DNA of 64,000 nt from Armatimonadota bacterium. GTDB lineage: Bacteria > Armatimonadota > Fimbriimonadia > Fimbriimonadales > GBS-DC. The DNA lies in assembly GCA_023511915.1 (NCBI GenBank), contig JAIMAN010000005.1, forward strand, positions 8,465-72,464, in the 5' to 3' direction. The position numbers were made by a program, and so were the translations under genes. Below, piece after piece: positions 19,417 to 27,950 of the stretch (position 1 is the first letter of the stretch; the number at the start of each line of letters is the position of its first letter). Under the pieces are notes generated by a model. It saw only the letters and a list, made by a program, of their open reading frames with translations, was not told where the DNA came from and searched no databases.

Positions 19417-20433
19417 ATGGCAGCACGGAAGCGCGCCGCCCAACGCAAACGGCATGACCAAGACAGCCCGTGGAAGGAACTGATTCGTCTCTTCTTCCCG
19501 CAGCTGATTGAGATGATCCACCCAGAACTCCACGGGCTGATAGACTGGCAGCGCGGGTACGAATTTCTGGACGCGGAACTACAGCGCATCGCGCGTCAAA
19601 GCCGCACAGGACGCCAGACGGTTGATAAACTTGTGCGGGTCTATTTCACAGATGGGATGGAACAGTGGATTTTGATACACATTGAAGTGCAGTCGCGTCC
19701 AGATCGCCTGTTCCCTGAACGCACTTACACCTATGACGCTGCGCTATGGCTGTATTATCGCCGTCCCATCGTCACGATAGCGATTTTAGCAGACAAGAAT
19801 CCGCACTGGCGTCCAACGAAGTACGAGCGTTCGCTGGCAGGTTGTCGCCTGGAGTTCGAGTTTTACACCGTGAAGCTCCTCGAGTGGGACGAGGCGGAAC
19901 TGCTGGCGAACCCCAATCCGTGCGCGTTGCTGTTTGTGGCGTTTCGTCGGGCGCAGGCGTCGTCCGATGCGGAGTTCATGCTGCAGTCGCGGCTGGAGCT
20001 GGTGCGTCTGGCGTTGGATCGAGGGTATACTGAAGAGCAGGTTGGAGAGCTGATACGCTTACTGGAGTGGGTTATGGTGCTACCGGAGTTATTTGAGGAG
20101 CGCTACGAGCAGCTGCTGGAAGAGGTGAAGCGCGAGAAGGGCACGCCGTACCTGTCTGTTTCGGAGCGGAAGGCGCTGCGCGACGGCTTACAGCAGGGCT
20201 TACAGCAGGGCTTGGAACAAGGCATCGAGCGCGGCTTGGAACGCGGTTTACAGGATGGCTTGCTGAAGATCCTGCGGGGGCTGTACGGCGATGTGCCTGA
20301 GTCGTTGGAGGCGCAGGTGCGCTCGGTTCACGATGTGGCGCAGCTAAACGCGCTGTACGATGTCGCGCTGTCGGCAGGCAATCTGCAGGCGTTCGCCGAG
20401 CGGTTGAGCCGCCTATTGGAAGAGCAGGTGTAG
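19417..20433 (+). CDS. Rpn/YhgA-like PD-(D/E)XK protein (putative transposase/nuclease, DUF4351-like C-terminus)
   Basis: DQDSPWKE, FLDAEL, VDKLV, LIHIEVQS, NP motif, GLQQG repeats. Confidence 0.85.
   Translation: MAARKRAAQRKRHDQDSPWKELIRLFFPQLIEMIHPELHGLIDWQRGYEFLDAELQRIARQSRTGRQTVDKLVRVYFTDGMEQWILIHIEVQSRPDRLFPERTYTYDAALWLYYRRPIVTIAILADKNPHWRPTKYERSLAGCRLEFEFYTVKLLEWDEAELLANPNPCALLFVAFRRAQASSDAEFMLQSRLELVRLALDRGYTEEQVGELIRLLEWVMVLPELFEERYEQLLEEVKREKGTPYLSVSERKALRDGLQQGLQQGLEQGIERGLERGLQDGLLKILRGLYGDVPESLEAQVRSVHDVAQLNALYDVALSAGNLQAFAERLSRLLEEQV
20185..20259 (+). repeat. Degenerate 12-bp tandem coding repeat (GLQQ/GLEQ/GIER/GLER)
   Basis: ggcttacagcag x2 followed by degenerate copies. Confidence 0.7.
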
Positions 20434-20467
20434 GGGCAAGGAGCGCGCCCCCTGCCCCCTGTACGCC

Positions 20468-21505
20468 CTACCCGCGCTCGAAGGCGGCGTCGAACGCCAC
20501 GCGCGACGGCTCGAAATCGATGTGGCGCACGAACTGACACGCCTCACGCGCGCCGTGCTCGCGATCCATCCCGCTGTCTTCCCACTCCACGGAGAGCGGT
20601 CCCTGATAGCCGATTTCGTTCAGCGCGCGAATGATCTCCTCGAAGTCCACCGAGCCGCGCCCCGGCGAGCGGAAGTCCCAGTACCGACGCGAGTCGCCGA
20701 AGTTCAGATGCCCGCCAAACACGCCCGACAGGCGCGGCGTCTCTGACCACCAGACATCTTTCACATGCATGTGGAAGATGCGGTCGCGGAAGCGGCGGAT
20801 GAACGCCACATAGTCCACGCCCTGATAGCCCAAGTGGCTGGGGTCGTAGTTGAAGCCGAAGCGCGGGTGTCCATCGACCGCCTCAATCGCGCGTTCCGCC
20901 GTGACGATGTCGTAGGCGATTTCCGTTGGGTGTACCTCCAGCGCGAAGTAGACATCCTCTTGCGCGAACACATCCAAAATCGGCTTCCAGCGCGCGGCGA
21001 AGTCGGCGAAGCCCTTCTCCACCAAGTCGGGCGGGTTTGGCGGGAACGAGTAGAGATACTGCCAGATGCTGCTGCCCGTGAAGCCGTTGACCACCACGCG
21101 CGTGAGTTGGCGTTTGACTTCGTCGGGGGCGCAGTTGAAGAGCCTGCGGGCGGCGCGGGCGGTGTTTTTCATCTCCTCGGCGGCGCGTTGACGCACGCCT
21201 TCGGGGTCGCCGTCGCCCCACACCCGCGCAGGCAAAATCGCCTTGTGTCGTTCGTCAATCAGGTCGCATACCGCCTGCCCCACAAGGTGGTTGCTAATCG
21301 CGAAGCACTTCAAGCCGTATCGCCCCAGAATCTCCCAGCGCGATTCGCAGTAGCCGTCGTGCGTAAGGGCTTTCTCGACATCGAAGTGGTCGCCCCAGCA
21401 CGCCAACTCCAGCCCGTCGTAGCCGAACTCGCGTGCTTTTTGCGCCATCGTTTCAAGGGGCAGGTCTGCCCACTGTCCTGTGAATAAGGTCACTGGTCGC
21501 GCCAT
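20468..21505 (-). CDS. Sugar phosphate isomerase/epimerase (xylose isomerase-like TIM barrel)
   Basis: [39 protein letters not shown]; GGAGG RBS. Confidence 0.88.
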   Translation of the reverse strand: MARPVTLFTGQWADLPLETMAQKAREFGYDGLELACWGDHFDVEKALTHDGYCESRWEILGRYGLKCFAISNHLVGQAVCDLIDERHKAILPARVWGDGDPEGVRQRAAEEMKNTARAARRLFNCAPDEVKRQLTRVVVNGFTGSSIWQYLYSFPPNPPDLVEKGFADFAARWKPILDVFAQEDVYFALEVHPTEIAYDIVTAERAIEAVDGHPRFGFNYDPSHLGYQGVDYVAFIRRFRDRIFHMHVKDVWWSETPRLSGVFGGHLNFGDSRRYWDFRSPGRGSVDFEEIIRALNEIGYQGPLSVEWEDSGMDREHGAREACQFVRHIDFEPSRVAFDAAFERG

Positions 21506-21529
21506 CGTCGTCGTACCTCCGCCGTTGGA

Positions 21530-21556
21530 TTTCCCCGCGCGGCGCGAGTTTCCTGC
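21530..21556 (-). promoter_or_regulatory. Sigma-H-like promoter (GCAGGAA-N16-GAAA)
   Basis: Recurrent motif. Confidence 0.45.
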
Positions 21557-21606
21557 CGACCGACTTGAATTCTGCGCCCGCATGGTATAATAGGTTCGTG
21601 GAGGCG

Positions 21607-22122
21607 ATGATGAAACGGTACCTATTACCCGTGGCACTGTTAGGCTTAGCCGTGTTTCTGTACGCGACGATGCCGTCGGGTGCGCAGCTGCGCGTCGGGC
21701 AGAAGATGCCTGAGATGACCTTCAAGGACCTCAACGGCAAGGAGGTCAAACTCGGCGGCAAGCAGGACAAGGTGTACTTGGTGGACTTCTGGGCGACTTG
21801 GTGCGGACCGTGCCGCGCGGCGATACCCTATCTGCAGGAGCTGCACGACAAATATAGCAGTCGCGGGCTGGTCGTGGTGGGCGTCGCCCTCGACTCGGGT
21901 ACGCCCGACGAAGTACGCGCGTTTGTCGAGCAGAACAAGATGACCTATCCCATCGTGATCCCGCCGAACGAGCAGGAAGTGATGCGTCGTGCCCGTGTGA
22001 AAGCCTTCCCCACGATGTATATCGTGGACAAGAAGGGCGTCATCCGCTACGCCGAGGAGGGCTTCGCGCCCGAAGTGATGGAGGACATTCTGCGCGTGCT
22101 CGGTCAGACGCTGATTGAGTAG
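21607..22122 (+). CDS. TlpA/ResA-type thiol-disulfide oxidoreductase
   Basis: N-terminal TM/signal segment, [13 protein letters not shown] cis-Pro loop. Confidence 0.9.
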   Translation: MMKRYLLPVALLGLAVFLYATMPSGAQLRVGQKMPEMTFKDLNGKEVKLGGKQDKVYLVDFWATWCGPCRAAIPYLQELHDKYSSRGLVVVGVALDSGTPDEVRAFVEQNKMTYPIVIPPNEQEVMRRARVKAFPTMYIVDKKGVIRYAEEGFAPEVMEDILRVLGQTLIE

Positions 22123-22148
22123 ACCAACAAAGCGAGGGTGAGGGAGCC

Positions 22149-22811
22149 ATTCAGAAGGAACTGAGGATCAACAACCGAATCCGCGCCCGCGAGGTGCGCG
22201 TCATCGATTCGGACGGGAAGCAGTTGGGCGTGATGCCCACGCGTCGCGCCGTGAGAATTGCCCAAGAGCAGGGCTTAGACCTGGTGGAAGTCGCGCCGAC
22301 CGCGAACCCGCCCGTGTGCAAGATCTTAGACTACGGGCGGTACCGCTATGAGCAGGAGAAGCTGGCGAAGGAAGCCAAAAAGAAGCAAAAAGGCGGCGAC
22401 ATCAAAACCATCCGCCTGCGCCCTGCCATCGGCGCACACGACATCGAAACCAAGATTCGCAACGCGATCGAGTTTTTGCAGGAAGGCGATAAGGTAAAAT
22501 TCGTGGTCATCTTCCGCAGTCGCGAGTTCGGACGCCCCCAAATCGCCGAATCGCTGCTACGGAAGATTGCCGAAACGGTGCAGGACTACGGCGTCGTCGA
22601 AAAGCCGCCAGGCATGGAGGGCAGACAGATGATTATGGTCGTCGCGCCCGCCAAAAAGCCTGCAGCGAAGCCGAAAGCGCCGCCTGCAGAAGGAGGTTCT
22701 ACCGATGCCAAAAATGAAGACGAGCAAGACAGCCGCCAAGCGCTTCAAGCGCACAGCGACGGGCAAACTGATGCACAAGAAAGCCGGGAACAGCCACCTG
22801 TTCCTGAGTAA
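22149..22811 (+). CDS. infC: Translation initiation factor IF-3 (ATT start)
   Basis: In-frame ATT gives IQKELRINNRIRAREVRVID; LDLVEVAP..PPVCKILDYG; precedes rpmI-rplT. Confidence 0.93.
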   Translation: MQKELRINNRIRAREVRVIDSDGKQLGVMPTRRAVRIAQEQGLDLVEVAPTANPPVCKILDYGRYRYEQEKLAKEAKKKQKGGDIKTIRLRPAIGAHDIETKIRNAIEFLQEGDKVKFVVIFRSREFGRPQIAESLLRKIAETVQDYGVVEKPPGMEGRQMIMVVAPAKKPAAKPKAPPAEGGSTDAKNEDEQDSRQALQAHSDGQTDAQESREQPPVPE

Positions 22812-22902
22812 ATCGCCCGCACGCAAACGCCGACTCGACCAAGAAGGCGCACTCTTCGAGGGCGAGTATCGGCGCGTCAATCGCCTATTAGCAGGCAAGT
22901 AA
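22705..22902 (+). CDS. rpmI: 50S ribosomal protein L35
   Basis: MPKMKTSKTAAKRFKRTATGK; AAGGAGG RBS. Confidence 0.95.
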   Translation: MPKMKTSKTAAKRFKRTATGKLMHKKAGNSHLFLSKSPARKRRLDQEGALFEGEYRRVNRLLAGK

Positions 22903-22914
22903 GGAGGAGATGCT

Positions 22915-23268
22915 ATGGCACGAGTGAAAGGCGGTACGGTGACCCGCCGTCGCCATAAGAAGGTGCTGAAACTCGCGGAAGGCTACTACGGCGCAAAAAG
23001 CCGCCTGTTCCGCAAGGCGAACGAGCAGGTGATGAAGTCCCTGCAGTACGCCTATCGCGATAGGCGACAACGCAAGCGCGACTTCCGACGCCTGTGGATC
23101 ACCCGCATCAACGCCGCATGCCGCATGCACGGCATGCGCTACCACGAGTTCATCCACGCGCTGACCGAGCGCGGCATCGAAGTGAACCGCAAGCAACTCG
23201 CGGAGATGGCAGTGCGCGACCCCGAAGCGTTCGAGATGCTGGTGCAGTCGGTACGCCCCAGCCCGTAA
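22915..23268 (+). CDS. rplT: 50S ribosomal protein L20
   Basis: [31 protein letters not shown]. Confidence 0.97.
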   Translation: MARVKGGTVTRRRHKKVLKLAEGYYGAKSRLFRKANEQVMKSLQYAYRDRRQRKRDFRRLWITRINAACRMHGMRYHEFIHALTERGIEVNRKQLAEMAVRDPEAFEMLVQSVRPSP

Positions 23269-23276
23269 GCGTCGCC

Positions 23277-24281
23277 GTGGAGAGCATCCAGCCGATTCTG
23301 GACGAGGCGGAACGCGCGATTGCGCAGGCGGCGTCCCTTGGTGACCTGCAGGCGGTGGAGACGCACTACTTGGGGCGCAAGGGCGTCGTCGGGCAACTGC
23401 TGCGCCAACTGGGCGCCCTGCCCCCCGAACAGCGACCCCAGTTCGGGCAGCAGGTGAACGCCGCCCGCGAACACTTGGAGCGACTCTTCGCCGAGCGACG
23501 CGCCGCGCTGGAGCAGGCGGAACTCGCCCAGCGCATTGAAGCCGAGCGACTGGACATCACGCTGCCTGGCGCGCCCCTGCGCCCCGCACGCCTGCACCCG
23601 CTGACGCTGACCATGCAGCGGGTCAAACGCGCCCTGACGGGGCTGGGCTTTGAATTCGTGGACGGATACGACTTGGAGCGGTTCGACTACAACTTCGGCG
23701 CACTGAACTACCCCGACGACCACCCCGCGATGGACGAGCAGAACTCGTTCCACATCGCGCCAGGCTACCTGCTGCGCACGCAGACCACCTCGATTCAGGG
23801 GCGTGTCTTCGAGCAACTGCAGCGCGGCGAGCGTCGCCTGCCCATCCGCATCGCCATCATCGGGCGATGCTATCGCTACGAGAATGTGGACGCCACCCAC
23901 TCGCACACCTTCCACCAAGTGGACGCCTTCATGGTGGACGAAGGGGTGAGCATGGCGCACCTGAAAGGCGTGCTGACGCAGTTCGCGCAACTGATGTTCG
24001 GCGCGGAAGTGCGCGTGCGCTTCCGACCCGACTACTTCCCGTTTGTGGAGCCAGGAGTGGACTTCGCGATTTCGTGGAAGGGCGGCTGGCTCGAACTCGG
24101 CGGCGCTGGGCTGATTCACCCCAACATTCTGGAACGCTACGGCATCGACACGGAGCGCTACAGCGGCTTCGCGTTCGGGCTGGGCATCGAGCGCATCCCG
24201 ATGCTGCAGTACGGCGTGGACGACCTGCGCCTGTTTCTGGAAAACGACTTGCGCTTTCTGGAGCAGTTTCCGCTGTTGTAA
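23277..24281 (+). CDS. pheS: Phenylalanine--tRNA ligase alpha subunit
   Basis: HPAMD, LLRTQT, DATHSHTFHQ, YFPFVEP, GFAFGLGIER; start approximate. Confidence 0.95.
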   Translation: MESIQPILDEAERAIAQAASLGDLQAVETHYLGRKGVVGQLLRQLGALPPEQRPQFGQQVNAAREHLERLFAERRAALEQAELAQRIEAERLDITLPGAPLRPARLHPLTLTMQRVKRALTGLGFEFVDGYDLERFDYNFGALNYPDDHPAMDEQNSFHIAPGYLLRTQTTSIQGRVFEQLQRGERRLPIRIAIIGRCYRYENVDATHSHTFHQVDAFMVDEGVSMAHLKGVLTQFAQLMFGAEVRVRFRPDYFPFVEPGVDFAISWKGGWLELGGAGLIHPNILERYGIDTERYSGFAFGLGIERIPMLQYGVDDLRLFLENDLRFLEQFPLL

Positions 24282-24330
24282 GCGTCGGGCGCACCCGACG
24301 CATACGGGGCGTTCGCCGAACGCCCTTACA
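24282..24330. repeat. Two adjacent palindromes (REP-like or terminator)
   Basis: GCGTCGGG-cgca-CCCGACGC, then GGGCGTTC-gcc-GAACGCCC-TTACA. Confidence 0.55.
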
Positions 24331-24346
24331 TAGGGAGGCAAACACG

Positions 24347-25273
24347 ATGAAGGTAGGAATCGTTGGCGGCGGCGGGCGCGTCGGCTCGAACGCCGCGTTC
24401 ACACTACAACTTATCGGCGCGGTCTCGGAAGTGCTGCTGCTGGATGTGAACCGCGACGCCGCCGAAGGCGAAGCGTTAGACCTGCGGCACGGCGCAGCCT
24501 ACTCGCAGCCCATCCGATTCCGCGCGGGCGACTACGCCGACCTCAACGGCGCGCACATGGTCATCATCACCGCAGGCTTGCGCCGACGCCCCGACGAGAG
24601 CCGACTGGAACTCATCAACCGCAATGTCGGGCTGTTCCGCGAGATTCTGGGCAACCTCAAAGGCGTCGCGCTTGCCGACGACGCGATTATCCTGGTCGTT
24701 TCGAACCCTGTGGACATCCTGACCTACTTGGCGGTCAAGGAATCGGGGCTGCCCGCCGAGCGCGTGATCGGGCTGGGCACGGTGCTGGACACCTGCCGCT
24801 TCCGTTCGTTTCTGGCGGAGCATTTCGGCGTGGCGGCGACCGATGTGGACGCGCTGATTCTGGGCGAACACGGCGATTCGATGGTGCCCGCGTGGAGTTG
24901 CGCGACGATTGCGGGCGTGCCCCTCAAGGACTATCCTGGCTACAGCACGGAGGCGATGGACGCCGTCTTTGAGCGCACGAAAAATTCGGGCGCGGAGGCG
25001 ATTCGCCTCAAAGGGGGCGCAGGCTACGCCGTGGGCGTCTCCATCGCGCAGGTCGTGAACGCGATTGCGCTGGACACGCGCCAAGTGCTGCCTGTGTCCA
25101 CCCTGCAGACGGGCGCGTTGGGCATCAGCGAGGTGTGCTTCTCGTTGCCGACGCGCGTCGGACGCAAGGGCGTCGAAGCGGTCATCGAAATCGGCGTCTC
25201 GGATGAGGAGCGCGCCGCCCTGCAAACTTCGGCAAGCGTTCTCAAGGAGACGCTGCAGAAGGTGATGAGCTGA
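24347..25273 (+). CDS. LDH/MDH family dehydrogenase, probably malate-specific
   Basis: GGGGRVG, ITAGLRRRPDESRLEL, VSNPVD, GTVLDTCR, GEHGDSM. Confidence 0.88.
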   Translation: MKVGIVGGGGRVGSNAAFTLQLIGAVSEVLLLDVNRDAAEGEALDLRHGAAYSQPIRFRAGDYADLNGAHMVIITAGLRRRPDESRLELINRNVGLFREILGNLKGVALADDAIILVVSNPVDILTYLAVKESGLPAERVIGLGTVLDTCRFRSFLAEHFGVAATDVDALILGEHGDSMVPAWSCATIAGVPLKDYPGYSTEAMDAVFERTKNSGAEAIRLKGGAGYAVGVSIAQVVNAIALDTRQVLPVSTLQTGALGISEVCFSLPTRVGRKGVEAVIEIGVSDEERAALQTSASVLKETLQKVMS

Positions 25274-25602
25274 TGCCACTCTACGAGTATCGCTGCCTGA
25301 AGTGTCGGAAGCGGTTCTCGAGGTTGCTGGCGATTGCGCAGCGGGATGCGCCGCAGGCATGCCCCGCCTGTGGCGCGACGGAGTCGAAGCGGCTCGTCTC
25401 GCGCGTGGCGCGCCTGCGCTCGGAAGACCAGATGCTCGACGACCTTGCCGACAGCCTGGAGTTCGCGGGCGACCCCGACGACCCGCAGACAATGCGCCGC
25501 TTCATGCGCGAGATGAGCGCGGCGATGGACGAAGACCCCTACGAGATGGAGGAAATCTTCGAGGAGGAACTCGCCGCCGAGTCGGCAGGGGACGACGAAT
25601 GA
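25273..25602 (+). CDS. FmdB family zinc-ribbon protein
   Basis: MPLYEYRCLKC...CPACG. Confidence 0.88.
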   Translation: MPLYEYRCLKCRKRFSRLLAIAQRDAPQACPACGATESKRLVSRVARLRSEDQMLDDLADSLEFAGDPDDPQTMRRFMREMSAAMDEDPYEMEEIFEEELAAESAGDDE

Positions 25603-26009
25603 ACCTATCGCCCACCGAGCAGGCGTTGGTGCAGGCGGCGCGGGCGGCGCGGGCGCACGCCTACGCGCCCTACTCGAGCTACGCCGTCGGCGCGGCGGTG
25701 CTGACCGACGACGGGCGCGTCTTCGCGGGCTGCAATGTGGAGAACGCCAGCTACGGCTTGAGCCTCTGCGCCGAGCGCGTCGCGGTCTTCAGTGCAGTGG
25801 CTTCGGGCGCACGGCGACTCGTGGCGGCGGCGGTCTGCACGCCCGATGGCGGAACCCCCTGCGGCGCGTGCCGACAGGTGCTGCTGGAGTTCGCCGACGC
25901 GCCCGAATCGTTCGCCGTGTGGGTCGTCTCGCCCGACCGCGTGATTGCCCGCTACACGCTTGCCGACCTGATTCCGCACGGCTTTCGGCTGGCGCCCGAA
26001 GGCGGTTAG
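25599..26009 (+). CDS. cdd: Cytidine deaminase
   Basis: AYAPYS, GCNVENASY, CAER, PCGACRQ. Confidence 0.93.
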   Translation: MNLSPTEQALVQAARAARAHAYAPYSSYAVGAAVLTDDGRVFAGCNVENASYGLSLCAERVAVFSAVASGARRLVAAAVCTPDGGTPCGACRQVLLEFADAPESFAVWVVSPDRVIARYTLADLIPHGFRLAPEGG

Positions 26010-27079
26010 CCGTCCCGTAGGGGTTCGCCGAGTTCCGTGCCGTCGGGCAGGATGCGCAGGTAGCCCAACTGCACCCAGCGCACAGGGTCTACCGAGCGCA
26101 CAGGCGACAGCAGCCCCAGCGTGCGCGCCTTGAAGTCCAGCGATTCAATCAGCCCCAGCCCGTAGCACCGCCCCGTGTAGTCGATCAGCCCCACCAGCAG
26201 GTTGTGATACGCCGACTGGGGCAGCATCACCAGTTTGTCGACGCTTGCGAGCGTCATCAGCGTTTCGATTTGCGCGTCGCTGAGCGGCTGGCGCACGATG
26301 AGGTGCAGCGAGTCGCCGACCATCTCGGCGTGCAGCAGTTCGGCGCGCACTTGGTCGGCGAGGTAGCGTCGTCGCGCGTCGGAAATCGGCTGCCCCCCGC
26401 CCAGCCGCCTGCCGATGAAACTGAACTGCTCGAGCGGGAGCGTGTGCGACTGCGCCCGTTCGAAGTAGCGGGCGAAGGCGGCGCGCCGATGTTGGGCACG
26501 GAACGGCGGCGACTTGCGCAAAATCGCCTGTGGCACAGGCAACTCGTGCAGGTTCCAGTCGGCGCGGCGGCGCAAGGCGTCCAAAATCGGCGTGAGTTCG
26601 TCCTTGCGCTGCAGCGCGACAATCACCTGCGGGCGCAACAGGTCAATCAGCATCAGTTTGTAGGCGCGTCCGTGCCAGCCGCCGATGTAGCCGTCGGTGT
26701 CAATCACCAGGCTGTCGGGCTGGAGCAGCGTCAGGTCGTCCAGCACGCGCCGCGCCCCCGCCAGCGCAAGCGCCCCATGGCGCACGGGCGACACATCGCC
26801 CAGAAACGCCAAACTGTCGGGCGTCAGGTCTTGCAGCAACTCATAGGGCTTGCGTATTACCACGCTGCTGAACGCGGCGGGCGGTCCGACCGTCGTCTGA
26901 CCCGCATCCAAGTCCACAAAGCCCACCTGCATCCCCGCCTGATGCTTGAGCTTAAGGAGCAACGAGCAGAAGGTGGTTTTGCCCGAATCGATACCGCCCA
27001 GCACCAGCACGGTCTCACGGCTGGCGACCAGTTCGTCCACCGCCTGCTGCCATTCGGGGTAGAGTTCGCGCCAGCGCAT
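26006..27079 (-). CDS. Clp1/Nol9/Grc3 family polynucleotide 5'-OH kinase
   Basis: LGGIDSGKTT P-loop, VDLDAGQTTVGPP, IDTDG, R..R...F..YF lid, LLVGL..GLG C-terminal domain. Confidence 0.8.
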   Translation of the reverse strand: MRWRELYPEWQQAVDELVASRETVLVLGGIDSGKTTFCSLLLKLKHQAGMQVGFVDLDAGQTTVGPPAAFSSVVIRKPYELLQDLTPDSLAFLGDVSPVRHGALALAGARRVLDDLTLLQPDSLVIDTDGYIGGWHGRAYKLMLIDLLRPQVIVALQRKDELTPILDALRRRADWNLHELPVPQAILRKSPPFRAQHRRAAFARYFERAQSHTLPLEQFSFIGRRLGGGQPISDARRRYLADQVRAELLHAEMVGDSLHLIVRQPLSDAQIETLMTLASVDKLVMLPQSAYHNLLVGLIDYTGRCYGLGLIESLDFKARTLGLLSPVRSVDPVRWVQLGYLRILPDGTELGEPLRDG

Positions 27080-27081
27080 GG

Positions 27082-27921
27082 CTAAAACTCCAGGTGCATC
27101 GGCAGGATGGGCGCGGAGTGGGTAATCGCGCCGACGGAGATGTAGTCCACGCCCATTTCGGCGACCGCGCGGACGGTCTCCAGCGTGACGCCGCCCGACG
27201 CCTCCAGAAAGCGCACGCGCCCTTTGGCAAGGCGCACTGCCTCGCGCAGCGTTTCGGGGGGCATGTTGTCGAGCAGGATGCCGTCCGCGCCTGCGGCGAC
27301 GGCTTGCTCAACCTGTGTGAGCGTCGTGCATTCCACCTCGACGGCGAGCAGGTGATGCGCATGCTGGCGTGCGCGGCGCACGGCTTCGGCGATGTCGCCC
27401 CCCAGCGCGGCGAGGTGGTTGTCCTTGATGAGGATGCCGTCGTACAGCCCAACGCGGTGATTGCGCCCGCCGCCGATGCGCACGGCGTACTTCTCCAGCA
27501 GGCGCAGGGCGGGGGTCGTCTTGCGCGTGTCCACAATCTGCGCGCCTGTGCCCGCGACGGCGTCCACGAACTGGCGTGTGCGCGTGGCGATGCCTGACAG
27601 GTGCTGCAAAAAGTTCAGCGCGGTGCGTTCCGCCTTCAGGATCGCGCGCGTGTTGCCCTCAAGCGTCAGCACGGGCGTATCGGGCGCGAGGCGCGCGCCG
27701 TCTGTCAGCGCGTTAGGGAAGCGCGCTTCAGAGTCCAGCCGCTGGAACACACGCTTGGCAATCTCCACCCCGCACAAAATGCCCTCTGCCTGGGCAAAGA
27801 TGGCGCATCGGGTCTGGTGGTCAGGGGGAATCAGGCTGTCGGTTGTCCAGTCGCCCGCGCCGAGGTCTTCCTGCAGGGCGAGTTCGATGAGCGTCTCCAC
27901 TGCGCGCACATCCAGCGTCAT
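27082..27921 (-). CDS. nadC: Nicotinate-nucleotide pyrophosphorylase (quinolinate PRTase)
   Basis: AERTALN, DTRKTTP, NHR, LIKDNH, EVEC, LLDNM, EASGG. Confidence 0.95.
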   Translation of the reverse strand: MTLDVRAVETLIELALQEDLGAGDWTTDSLIPPDHQTRCAIFAQAEGILCGVEIAKRVFQRLDSEARFPNALTDGARLAPDTPVLTLEGNTRAILKAERTALNFLQHLSGIATRTRQFVDAVAGTGAQIVDTRKTTPALRLLEKYAVRIGGGRNHRVGLYDGILIKDNHLAALGGDIAEAVRRARQHAHHLLAVEVECTTLTQVEQAVAAGADGILLDNMPPETLREAVRLAKGRVRFLEASGGVTLETVRAVAEMGVDYISVGAITHSAPILPMHLEF

Positions 27922-27950
27922 GCAGCCGAAGTATACCCCAGTAGGCGGCG

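Noticed and set aside
23094-25273. Long N-terminal extensions of pheS (from 23094) and the dehydrogenase (from 23867)
   Set aside because: They overlap upstream genes; homology begins at about 23277 and 24347
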